Shown piece after piece: positions 13,401-24,696 of a stretch of DNA of 64,000 bases. Numbering within the stretch: the stretch's first letter is position 1; each line of letters opens with the position of its first letter. The notes below the pieces were generated by a model. It was not told the DNA's origin. It ran no database searches and saw only the letters and a program-made list of their open reading frames with translations. The translations under genes and the position numbers were made by a program. Origin of the DNA: Phoronis australis (taxonomy: Eukaryota > Animalia > Phoronida). The stretch lies in NCBI GenBank assembly GCA_002633005.1, contig NMRA01000585.1, positions 2,851 to 66,850 of the forward strand. Direction: 5' to 3'.

Positions 13401-16400
13401 GCACCCGAAAATGCGGTCATAGCAACTGAGTCCGACTCTGGCGCCACGCTCTCTTTGATCCCGGTAAAAGCCACTTCGAAGGATGAGCGGTGAAAAGTCA
13501 CGCATATCTTTAGAAATGTGTGACTTTCGTGTAAGCGTATTATTCACGGCATGAACAAAGGACAATGAGGCAATGGAGACTATCGTTACTAACTAAACTT
13601 GAATTTATGGAACTAAAATAATAGGTAGTAGTAATAGTAATATTAACTAAAGTCTATATCATAACATCTATTTTGTTTAAATAATTGGATTTGAACGCTT
13701 CTAAAGCCAGCATTTTTATTCTACTGTACTCACATGTATATAGAAGTGTATATGTAGCCCACTACCATTAACTTTCAACCTTGTCTGTTGCAATAGAGCA
13801 GATATGGCGACCACTTTTTGAGACACCCTAATTTTCGCCCAAAACATGAGAGGTCACAATATGCATGCAATGACTTTGGTTTGGTTGTTTTATTTACATG
13901 AGCATTGTGCAAACTTGTTCTGTTGTGCATGAAATTTACAATAAGGATAGCAACTATTGCCACCATTTCATAGTTTTCAATTAACCCGGAGGTGCATTCT
14001 AAATGTGCTCAACATAACTACAATTTTTTTCTCTTAAATTCTCTAAGAAATACACTACCAAATGGGCAGAAACCATTTTTCTCCCGCCCTTATAGATTTC
14101 GATATGGTTGAATTTATTTTGTAAAAATGACAAAAAATGAAAGTTTACAATACCGATATTTAATATTGTCAATTTTTTAAATTCCCTCCTTAACTAGACC
14201 AGGATATGAACTTTAAGAACATGGACTCATTTTTTCTCCAGTTTGTGTGACATTTTTCCTCGAGGTCCCGTCACTGATGGTGAAGTTAATAATGCCAGTC
14301 ATATTTCATGGCCCACTGGACTTCCTTTGATTAATATTACGTTTCACAAGTTGATTTCCTCATTATGTTACGCCTGTCTAGGAATCAACAAAGAGTATTT
14401 GATATCATGTACTGGATATTCCTAGAAGTGTGACATAAACAACCTAAAGACACAACAGTGCATGAGATTGAAAACATCAAATACATCGATCTTGTCAGTG
14501 AATGAGTTATCATCAAGTACCTACGCATCATATTCAAAGTGCAACAATGTTATAAACTGAAGGTGTAAAAAACTAACATTTGTGTAGTACTGTCTATACA
14601 GTCATCCTTGTTTGTCATTGTCAACAACAACTGCGTTAGTGGCAGCATTGTCAATCCTTCAATATGAAGTTTGTCCATTTCTGTGTGACGTTACCATGTA
14701 CATTACTATCAGCTTTTGCAACGTATTTGGCAGGTTTGCCACATTTTGGAATAAATAAAAATACTTAGACTATTCCGTCAAACTCCAAGGCTGTAAGGAT
14801 AGGCACTGATATCTTGGCAATCGTCTGCATCGCATTTCCCAATTACTGTATTCAAAATACGTCTTAACTCTTCGAATTTGCACACTTCGAAATAAGAAAT
14901 AATTCTCTATGCCACTACGATGACAGTCTTGCATTACATGATCTATATTTATAATAAACAATGCTTACGTACTACAAAAAGTTTCATAGCATGTGCATTT
15001 GACAATGTGCAGCATTTCATTTTGGCGACTAGCCAAGGAGAAACTTCACTTTGAGTTTTGGTGCAATGAAAGTTGGACGCCGAGAAAATGTTCAAATGTT
15101 GTGGCTTTTAAGCTAAGATTTGTACTATTGGCTAGGTTTCTGCAAGTTTATAGCTTTAGTATGTCTAAAAAAAATTTAAAATTCGCCAATTGATCGTTTG
15201 AGTACGGCGTGCAGTGAAATTAGTAGTGAATGGTCACATTGTATTAAAGAAATTTTATCTTCACTGCATGCGCCTGTATGATTTTAGGCTATTGAAAATC
15301 AGTTCCAGTTTCTTAAAATTCTGTTAGAAAACAAGAAAGTCCCATTTTGCGACAAAAACGTTTCTAAACCTCTACTTATATATACATTTTGATGTTGTAT
15401 GGAAAATGTTGAACATTGTATTGGATGAATGGGTTGGCAATAGAGCCGTCAGTGCCACAGTAGTATTTGGCAGTGTCGTGGTCTCCGATGTCATTCTTGA
15501 TATCAGGGTTGGTATCCAAGTATGAAGATTGTCATCTGTTTGTGATCATCCTCGGTGCCTTCACGGTCCATGTTGTACTTCTTCAGTCAATTTCACCAGG
15601 TGTTGCTCATCAGAGCATTTTTTATCAGGCGAGGATTTGTGTTTGAGAATGTCACCCCATGCAACAAGTTCATTCATGCGATAATAGTCAAAGAACTGGG
15701 CCTGGTCACATACAATGTGCAAGCTGGATAACGACAATGACTCCCCATTATCACATGTCATGTTGTCATTGTTGAGAAATACACTTAACGTGCAATGCCC
15801 TTGATTCCTTGATTTTGAGGTGGAATATTGGCATCAACCCCAATCCCCTAGGCAAAAAAATCCTCCAAGGTTGTAATCATTTATACAAAACATCAGTTTT
15901 GGCTACTTGAGGCATTGCTGATGAGGGTTGGCAACAGGAGAGTGGAATTGGAGGTCTCAGGGGAGGGGGAGATTTTCCCCTCGACCAAGAATTCCCCCTC
16001 AGATAGCACAGGCACCTTTCCCTTCAGTTGTGTGAGTGTCATGATACTTGTTCAGTGGATAAGGTTTAAGATTTTACGCAACAGTAATCCAGTTCTGTTT
16101 GGCAAAGTCACTTTTGAGAACTTTATACTTCTATTTCAGCAATTTCCGGCAGTCACTGAAACTGAGGAATTCATTGCAGCTCACGAAGATTTGGAGGACA
16201 CAGGTACACAGAATAATGCAGACATGCAATAAGTTGCTCATATAGCTACATATATCAAAGTTTGGTTGAACGTTTCTGTATTTCACTTTCAGTTTAAATT
16301 TTGTAGCCATTTTAAGAAGGCAGGTAATTTTTGGGAAGCTGTCACATTGCACAAAAGTGTTTTGTTGGTGTGTGGCATACTTGACATTAAAGGCGAAGGC

Positions 16401-18672
16401 AACCTTTTTTCATGTTACTTTTAGCAAAAATAAGGTTCGATGATTATCCCAGACATATTTTCCACTTAATTACAGATTTTTGTAATTTGATTAATTATTC
16501 GTTCTTTACTCCGGAAGTGATGTTTTGGGAGGCAAGGATTTCGCGCCAATTTCTTTTCCCTTAGTCGTACTATATGAGCGTTGTCGAGTCGGTCATTCAT
16601 CTACCTCGGTTGTCATAAGTTCAGTCGTCGTTTGCTTTTGTTTACGAGTCAGTCAACATGCCACACTGTTGCTTTGTACCGGGATGTACTCATTATGGCC
16701 CAAAGCCTGTAAGCAGCCCTGCTGCGATGTTGAGTAGTGGGAGTGAATACAGGCTCCGTTTGAAACCCAGTGAAGAGTACAGTTCGTCGTTCAGTTAACA
16801 GATCGGTGAGCCAAACTTTGATAAGTTTATTGTGGACTTGTCTAAAGTATTGGAGCTATTTAGAAGGTGCCAGGTGTGTGGTGAGGGAGTCACACAGCGG
16901 GGTGTAAACAGTTTGTGTGCTCAGGTCACTATCAGTGGGAGTGTGTCGCGGACACTCGGGCAAGTGGGACAGTTGTTCCTCTGTCCGTGAGACGATAATG
17001 AGTACATCCCGGTACGCAGCAACATTGTGGCATGTTGATTGACTCGTAAACAAAATCACACAATGACCGAACTTATCAAAAGCGAGATAGAACAATGAAT
17101 GACTCGGCAGCTCTCACAGTCAGACTACACGTAAAGAAATAGGCGGGAAATTCTTGCCTCCCAAAACGTCACTTCCGGAGTAGACAACGGATAATTATTT
17201 AAATTACGAAAAGCTGTAATTATGTGGAAAATGTGTCTGGGATAACCAACGAACCTTATTTTTGCTAAAAAAGACATGAAGAAACGTTGCCTTCGCCTGT
17301 AAGCAGACTGCCCTTAATGTGTTGGTGTGTGGCAGGCTTGACATTAAGCAGACTGCTGTCACTAGTGACATTGATGAGCAGATCACTTAAAAATCTTGTT
17401 AGAGTTCTTAGTGCAAACTAGACAAAATTTTAAATTCATTGGCACCCAACATTACTCTCGCCACTAGGAAATTACCTGAGGGTTATATTCTGGCACAGTT
17501 CCCAAGGTCGGACCCTTGCCAAGAGGCATAAGTGTTGGATATGAAATTGTAATGGCTTCTTGTGGTGCTATTTGTGTTCTGTTCGAGAACAGTGCATAAA
17601 GCATATTACCCGAAACTTTCAATGGGAATCCAACCAGCAATTTCTGGGATATGATGTTCCGAAGTTGACCAAAATTAGATATTTTTCTAGGGTCCTATGT
17701 AACCTTAATTCTGATACTGAATAAACTCAGGATTTTTGCCAGGTCCCCAGATGCGACTTCGCGTTTAGCGAAGCGTCGAACACTGATATGTGTTCTTTTT
17801 AGTAGTTAACTGTGTTGCAGACCTGGGGATCTGCTGTTGAGCAGTTCATATTAAAGTGCAATTTAATTTAGACCATTTATTTCTATAAAATTGGTCTTAA
17901 CTTGCTCAGATAAGTGGTGACTTTTGGTTTTGCAAAGGCCTGGGTAGAGTTCATTAATGCCAGAGTCCGTAGAAAGGGAGGCAACTCTCCTAACAACGTT
18001 TTGGAACACTAGGACTTCGCTAAAATCTAGACAAAATCACGTGTTCCCATTTAAAATACAGGGCAATTTCTCACATAATCTTGCAAAGTCCTGCTTTCTT
18101 GTAAGATCCTAGCATTACTCAACCACATAATTCATTGCTCCTCGAAACTGTAAAATGACCTGCGGTCAGCTGCCAACTCTTTCAAAGCCCTGAAATTATG
18201 CTGTTTTGACTGCAGAGCAATCTAGTGAGAAAATTTCCATCTAAATAAAAAAATTGTGACAGAAGGTGGGTTTATTGCATCTTTTTAAATGTCAAAATTT
18301 TTTATCAAAGGAAGCATACATGTTTTACAAACATCATGTTTCTGCTGTTCTTCTGTTTTGTTTGTTTCTCCACATATTTTATGTAATGTTTTATTACTTT
18401 TTAAACTGTGTTGCATGCCTAAGTGTGGTTCTTCTGTTGGGCGGTTTCTAATAAGTAAATCCATCAATTCTGTTGCAGCTGGTGAGGTGTTTGGCTCCGC
18501 CATGATCTGGGCAGAAACTGGTGAAAAGAGACAACATCGCAGGACCACTGAAACTGGGGGGAATACGTTACTGGTACCTGGTACCTCATCTCCTGGTGGC
18601 GTTACCGATTTCGAACAAATCCCAATGATGGACGGTGAACAAGACATTTCTCAAGTACAGATAACTGCGTGA
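7249..18672 (+). CDS. SLC16A10: SLC16 transporter, MCT10/MCT8-like, copy 1 (exons 7249-7465, 8778-9382, 10675-11041, 11792-11898, probable 16140-16203, 18479-18672; ~517 aa)
   Basis: PDGGFGWVV..FWCNG.IFG (TM1), DRFGIRP, YTPSLVILGHYF, GYFIPFVHL, GVGRIVAG, MGLCDG, GPPIAG..YD..G.Y motifs; all GT-AG junctions join in frame; AATAAA at 18824. The last two exons rest only on splice signals and phase compatibility. Symbol denotes family, not proven orthology. Confidence 0.88.
8778..9382 (+). CDS. Copy 1 coding exon 2
   Basis: tttccag|CATGG; ends CATCTG|GTTAGT; encodes TM2-TM7. Confidence 0.92.
9860..10061 (-). mobile_element. tRNA-derived SINE
   Basis: Minus strand head GGAGACACTGTGGCTCAGTGGTTAGAGC (A box) ... 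GGGTTCAAATC (B box), followed by a non-tRNA body; 3' end approximate. Confidence 0.6.
10675..11041 (+). CDS. Copy 1 coding exon 3 (367 nt)
   Basis: ttttag|GTGAAA...GCAG|GTAAAT; TM8-TM11. Confidence 0.92.
11792..11898 (+). CDS. Copy 1 coding exon 4
   Basis: ctccag|GC TTT ATG; FMYDLMGKYDAAFWAAG (TM12); donor CAG|GTAGGT. Confidence 0.88.
16140..16203 (+). CDS. Copy 1 probable exon 5 (QFPAVTETEEFIAAHEDLEDT)
   Basis: Strong acceptor tttcag, phase 0 in and phase 1 out, acidic cytosolic-tail composition; donor GTACAC is weak (could read through to TAA at 16232). Confidence 0.55.
16391..17298. mobile_element. Kolobok-type non-autonomous element with ~305-bp inverted arms, each containing the THAP start
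   Basis: TTAA|AGGCGAAGGCAAC ... GTTGCCTTCGCCT|GTAA; arms 16391-16696 and 16995-17298; empty-site copy ttgacattaagcagactg at 17338-17355. Confidence 0.8.
18479..18672 (+). CDS. Copy 1 probable terminal exon
   Basis: tgttgcag|CT GGT, phase 1 matches exon 5; open to TGA at 18670-18672; AATAAA ~150 nt downstream. Confidence 0.55.
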
Positions 18673-20536
18673 ACATCTGTGAACAGTTGTGAACATTGGA
18701 TAAATTCGATAGATTTTTGTGTGATTTTCTAGGTAATTATACAATACCTTGGTTGTGTTCAAAGACATCAAAATTGGTGTTATCACTGATTTGAATAGGC
18801 TCACTCATACTGTGTGGGTTATTAATAAACTTTTAGAGATTTAACTTTTAATGAATTGGTGATATACTCCAATTGGAATTTAAAAATGTTTGATGTGCTG
18901 AGGAATTTCAACCATCCTGAGGTGTGCTGGCTACTCAGGATGCAGTTTTAGGTGCTATCGCAAGTTCCTCACTTGTGTTTACTTGCAAAGTCTAATCTAC
19001 CTGCATGTGATCCAGGGAGCATTTTGAATACCATGCCTATGGTTCAATTGACCTGCAGGGCGTAAACTCTAAGTGCCAGTTAAGGAGACCTATAGGCCAT
19101 GTTGGTCTTTGGTACACTTCTTTGATTTGCATTTTTAGGCAGCATTTTTGCACGTGATATTGTCTACTATCCCTGTATGTTATGTGACTGGTGATTGCAT
19201 TTCACTTGAACCAAGCAATATAAATACAGTCGGATTTGTATATTTCCAATATGCAAGGAAGCAGGGGGCTGGGGCATTCATGCCTTTGCAGCGTCAGAAA
19301 CAGGACCCTTATGGTGATCAGAAGATGCGATATTGACTAAAATGATGGAAACTGGAGGTGGGACAAAGTTTGTATTTGATCTTTTCTAGGGGCCTGATAT
19401 GCTGGACCCTTTATCATTGTCATGTAGTTTTTTGTTTACCAGCTGGCCCTGTTGTTGTGTGTTAGAATGTGCTAGTTGGCTCCAGTATATCAATGAATTT
19501 TATGCGCATCAATGACATGGGACTCACTCCTAAAACTATCCCCAATCCTGTCAGAAAATTTGACAGCTATTACAGCATTTGAAAATTGTTCACTTCCATA
19601 CTTGGGCCAGGAATAAACTCTAGCACAGAGGTCCTGTGCAAAAGTATCTTCCGGTGTCCCCAGTTAATCCCCATCGCCTGTTACCATGCTCGGCTGTATC
19701 AAGCATGTTTTTATTAAGCTTGGCTTCTGCCATGACACTGGAGGTTCTAAAGCTCTCCATTGGAACCACTGTGTTCACTTTCAGTGGAACCATTTTCTCC
19801 TATATATATGCATATAAACTGTTTACTTTCAAAGCCAGTAAAAGACTTACTGTTAGGCAGCACTTTCTGGTTATGTGGGACCTTATGGGCAAGCCTGTGC
19901 ATTTAGTCAAAAATCTTCAAAACTATAGATTTTGAGTCAATAAAATCATATATTAGTAGAAAACCTTCAGAATTTGATTTGGACTTTTTATCAACCTGCC
20001 GTTTATTAAGTCACATGACCATGTCTTTTAGCAACAGTTAGCAAAAAGGACGGTACAACCATAGCAAAACACGGTATCATCAACATGGACAATTTTTGTT
20101 TAATGTTAGTGTTCAAGATGAAATCTCAAAAATGCAGGTACAGTTTTCAAAATTTTCACCTTCTTTTCGTTTTATGCAACTTTTAAATTTTTTCATGAAA
20201 ACCATAAAAGTCGAATTGTTTATATCCGATCTCGTCATGCAGCGTTTTGAAAACAAAGCCTAACAGTATCACTAAATAATTTCATAAGGTTGGTAGAGAA
20301 CAAATAGATTAATTCTTATTGACACAACCAAGCAAAATCGGTGTACGTTGACGGTTTCGGCTACTCACAGCAGCCATCTTCGGAAGCTATTGGGCACTAG
20401 GTGGCGAGGTGATGACACTATTCCAAATTTTAGACAATTTATATCCCCCATCGTCTCTGTTCATAACTGAGCCACTTTTTTCACCCAAATAGACTCTCTA
20501 ATCCGTCTAGATCTCAAGTTATTTTCCGACTCGACA

Positions 20537-20777
20537 GGACGAGCGTCTTTCCAGTTAATTACGTGGTTAAAAGCAATAGCATGGTCCGTCACTGCAGATT
20601 TGTTGATAGTATTCTGAGACCATCTCCTCTCCAAACGCGTGACTACGTGGATGAGCTGTCGCAGCGTAGAGTCACGCGTTCAGAGAGGAGATGGTCTCAC
20701 AATACTATCAACAAATCTGCAGTGACGGACCATGCTATTGCTTTTAACCACGTAATTATCTGGAAAGACGCTCGTCC
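20537..20777. repeat. Near-perfect palindrome (fold-back MITE-like), ~110-bp arms with short loop
   Basis: ggacgagcgtctttccag.taattacgtggttaaaagcaatagc... pairs with ...gctattgcttttaaccacgtaatta.ctggaaagacgctcgtcc. Confidence 0.9.
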
Positions 20778-20940
20778 ATGTGCTCTCTGTTGCTTATGAA
20801 ATCATGGTTGTCGTTAATATGTTTAGCTATCTTAGTTCATAGTTCTTTAACAGATTTTTTTTCAAAAGTGTTACACTGAATGTTCGGAGTCTGGTTTGTC
20901 ATAGCTTGATAAAAGTAATATCCATTGAAGAGCAACGCTT

Positions 20941-21007
20941 TTGAAATGCACTCACCGTACGCGTTGAAATGCACTCACCGTACGCGTTGAAATGCACTCA
21001 CCTTACG
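20941..21007. repeat. 23-bp tandem repeat, ~3 copies
   Basis: ttgaaatgcactcaccgtacgcg x2 plus a partial third unit. Confidence 0.9.
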
Positions 21008-21654
21008 ATGATCGTTAGTTTACACATCCCCACTAAAAGGATTAATGTTAACCATACCAACCCCGGTTTTGGCCTATTAACAGATAATAGAAACAACTTT
21101 CTCGTCCACTTCTCTGAAACAAAATTATGTTCTGTAACCATTGACAACCCTCAGCAATTTGTAAAAAAATTTGAAATCTTGCAAAGGTTTGCTAAACGGG
21201 CAAACGTGAGCTACACGACGACAGAAGGGAAAGACCACCCACCCAAGAAATGTAATAATATTGAACCTGTGACAAAGAGTATGAGTTTTTACTTAAGTCA
21301 TGCTTGTATCACTAATTAAAATAAAACGCCAGGTGCATTAGCTGGTAACACAATGAGGATTCTATTAATGGGGCTTAGTATCCTTTTAACAATAGTCTCT
21401 AGGGGTAGTGCAAGGCAAGTTGGAAAAGCTTTCCTCAGTTGGAACACACCTGTCACCTTTCATCTCGATTCTTCAACAGTTTTGAGGTTAGGGAGGAAGG
21501 CGACAAATGATACAAAAACAACAGAAAGGCTGTTGGAGGACGCAACGATGGTTTGTTATTCAAATGTCTTGAATAAGAATGAGTAATTTGCTACCAACAT
21601 TTGGATAATTTAGTACACTCCCCGCCGCCCGAAAACCGTTTTGGACCTGTTTTT

Positions 21655-21890
21655 GCCATGCGCGAACGAGCCCCTCCATTTGGCGAAGTGGGTAAAAAGG
21701 TCCGCCTCAAGGAAACAAAAAGTCCGAGAAAACGAGACAAAAGTCCAGTAAAAAGGCTCAGACGCACAGTTGACAGACCTGAAGCTGGTAACCCGTTTTT
21801 TTATTTTAGTCCTCCCGCTTTTTTGTTAGCAGGTCCACTTTGTCAGAGATTCGAGCCCCCATATCAAAGGCTGGGTGCGCGCATGTTCAA
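21655..21890 (-). repeat. Dispersed repeat family B, copy 1
   Basis: Reverse complement matches 31050-31235 and 59605-59850 (atgcg..cacc..gcct..tatgggggg.tcgaat..gtggacct..). Confidence 0.7.
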
Positions 21891-23295
21891 AAGAATGATA
21901 TTTGGCTTAACAACTGAAAACGCATGGTAATTTTAACAAGTAAAATAAAATCATTGTAAGACAACCTGCTAGATGTACATTTTGGCACCTCAATATGAAC
22001 TAAAACAGACCACTTTCAAACGCCTGGGCAGCAAATAAAAAATATTAGTCAGTCTTCGATGTTTTTCATTCTTTTAAGCTAATACTTTGCGTATGAAATT
22101 TTACCATCTGAACACTTCATAACATGCCCAAAAATACGAGACGAGCGTAAAATGAGTGTAGGCCTACTACTGCTTCAGAATTTACGTAACCTACAAAACA
22201 ATTTCGCATTGGATATAACGATTACGATTAAGAGCGAAGTCCTTCGAACGACCCACGATACGTCCCGGATTGCACAGCGACAGAACTCTCCTTTGTCCCG
22301 CATGTATAAAAGTGATAAGATGTCTTCTCGAAGCGGGATTCTGTTGGGTTTAAAATCAGTTAAACCTACGAACTTTGTTGATCTACGCAGTCTCTCTGCA
22401 TTTTCTTGGATAAACTTAATCACGAAACCACGGATATTTGTCAAGTTTATTTAAGTTTCCGTCGGGGTTGTAGCCCACATCACAACAAAAGCTTTGTAGG
22501 AATTGTAAGGATGACGAATAAAGTAATTCAGCCGAAAAAAACTTTTGAAGATTGACACCAGCAAAGCGGCACATGTGGATGTAACTCCAGTCGCGGCAAA
22601 AATGCCAGGCTGCATGACTGCTTGAGGATTGATATTGCGGCATTGTGGGTAAATATGGCGAGATTCAAGTGTCGCTGTGTAGTCCCGGCAGGACGGTCCC
22701 GTTGTCACTACAGTGGGCACAAGGAAAGTTGTCACTTTCCCAGAAATATACGAGTCAAATTTAACCAAGGTTCAGAAGATATGCCTACAGATGTGAAAAA
22801 TGACACAAGGGGGTGCTGCAGTAGTCGGAGCCATCCAAATCATTGCCATTTGTGTTCTTCCCAGTATAGCACGAACTATTCACCACTTTTCATAATGACC
22901 CTCATAGTGGTTTGTGCGAGAGAGGACAGAACGCCAAAACTAGACTCGAAAATAGTACAAATGTTAACTAGGTGACGTAATACGTCGAATCTATCCGGAA
23001 ATGGGAGGATGTCATATTCTCCTTGCACAGAAATCTATTTTTCAGATTAAAATCTGTCATGGCGCTCCGTAGACTAAGCAGAGGAAAACGTCAAGAAAAA
23101 TGTTCACCACTGGGTTTAATGGAGTACGAGTAAGACAAGATATGCTCTTGGCAAATGCAACAAGCTGTATAATTCTTCAACGAGTACCGGACTGAAATCA
23201 CGAGGGAAATAAGGGGTAAAATATATCAGTTTCATATGATATAATGGCAGTAGACATACAGTCTGCTGCACAAAACTGCTACCACTTCACGTTGA

Positions 23296-23410
23296 TTATG
23301 CAATGAGTGACGTCATCGTGTTTCTGTAATACCACCGACATGGTCTATGATGACTCAACACCATGATCCAGAATCATTCACCTGGTTCCTTGTCCAGACA
23401 AGTTGCGTAA
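23296..23410 (+). promoter_or_regulatory. Cluster of bZIP-type motifs upstream of copy 2
   Basis: TTATGCAAT 23296, TGACGTCA 23308, TGACTCA 23351, TTGCGTAA 23403; function not shown. Confidence 0.35.
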
Positions 23411-24464
23411 CTCACCCGGCTGTCTGCCCAAGCTCGGCATTTCTGCAGAAGTTTAGTCAACTCTAGTTGCACGGCAATCCAACGCTCGATTTCGTTCCTA
23501 AATACTTATTCTTGAGTAGTTTCTCCTCCAATTGCTTCGGCTCTTCACATCTTTATATCACATGCACTCAGGAGATTAGATTTTGGACTTATTTACGATG
23601 CATTACTATGCCACATCGGATGAGGCCGCCGCCTCGATTTTAGTTTAAGTTTGACCAGCAGCCTTCTTTCCTGAGTCTATTTGTAATAAATCATAAAAAC
23701 ATATTGGAGTTTTTGTTTTATAGGTCTGGTCACTGAAAACAAATCACATAACATTCCGAAATCAATCCTACCCAAAACTAACCCCAACATGTCGGTCGCA
23801 AGCGAACACGCCCCTTTCAGGCGCACTCTTTATTTGAAACGTGCTCATGCGACACAGTCGCCCCCTCCCCGGTTCCCTGCTGTCGCCATTATACATCCAC
23901 AGGTGACGGTACTTCTCAACAGCTCATAATTTCTATACTCAATATTCACTTTTAATTGTCAATAATACAATGGTATATCATGTATAAAGAAAGACACAAG
24001 AGGGTCAGTAGATTTGCTACACATATAAGTCAACTTGCAAATCAAAATAAATCAATTTCTGGAATTACTGTATACTATAGTACGATGTCGATCTCAGTCT
24101 CCGAGATTGGGACGTTACGTCGTCATTAGTTTACAGTAAATCCAGAAATTAATTTATTTTGATTTGCATTACGCCACAAGAGTGATTAACATTCATTCCA
24201 TTATACTAGCCAATTTCGTAAACTTGTTTTGTCAAGTGCATGTGTACACCCTTTTCAAACTGTGGGAGGAAAAGTGGAGCTGTATACCAGCGAATCAATA
24301 CGCTAAACCGGTGAGCATATGCTAAAGAGAAGACACGACCAAGTCTATACGCCACTGCACCACTGCCTGTGTTACTGCGTCTTCAAGATCGTATAGTCCC
24401 CGCTATACCTCTAACCGTGGCCAATAGATACCTTTGTACCTATGAGGCGTACTTGTATGAAGAC

Positions 24465-24696
24465 ATGAGCCATTCAAGTTCGAAACCTGTCGAAATCGAG
24501 CAAAGTATTACCACATCCCGCGTTTCCGTCACTGCGAACACCATTCCGGAAGGGGGATGGGGGTGGGTCGTGTGCGTATCGTCGTTCTGGTGCAACGGCG
24601 TCATTTTCGGTGTGCTTACCACGTTTAGTGTTATGTACCCAGACTTGTTGATGACATTCAACCAAGATAACAACAATGACCTGGGATTCAGGACAT
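24465..24696 (+). CDS. Copy 2 coding exon 1
   Basis: MSHSSSK..PEGGWGW; donor ACAT|GTAAGT. Confidence 0.9.

Noticed and set aside
20941-21007. 23-bp direct repeats superficially like CRISPR repeats
   Set aside because: No spacers, eukaryotic context; simple minisatellite
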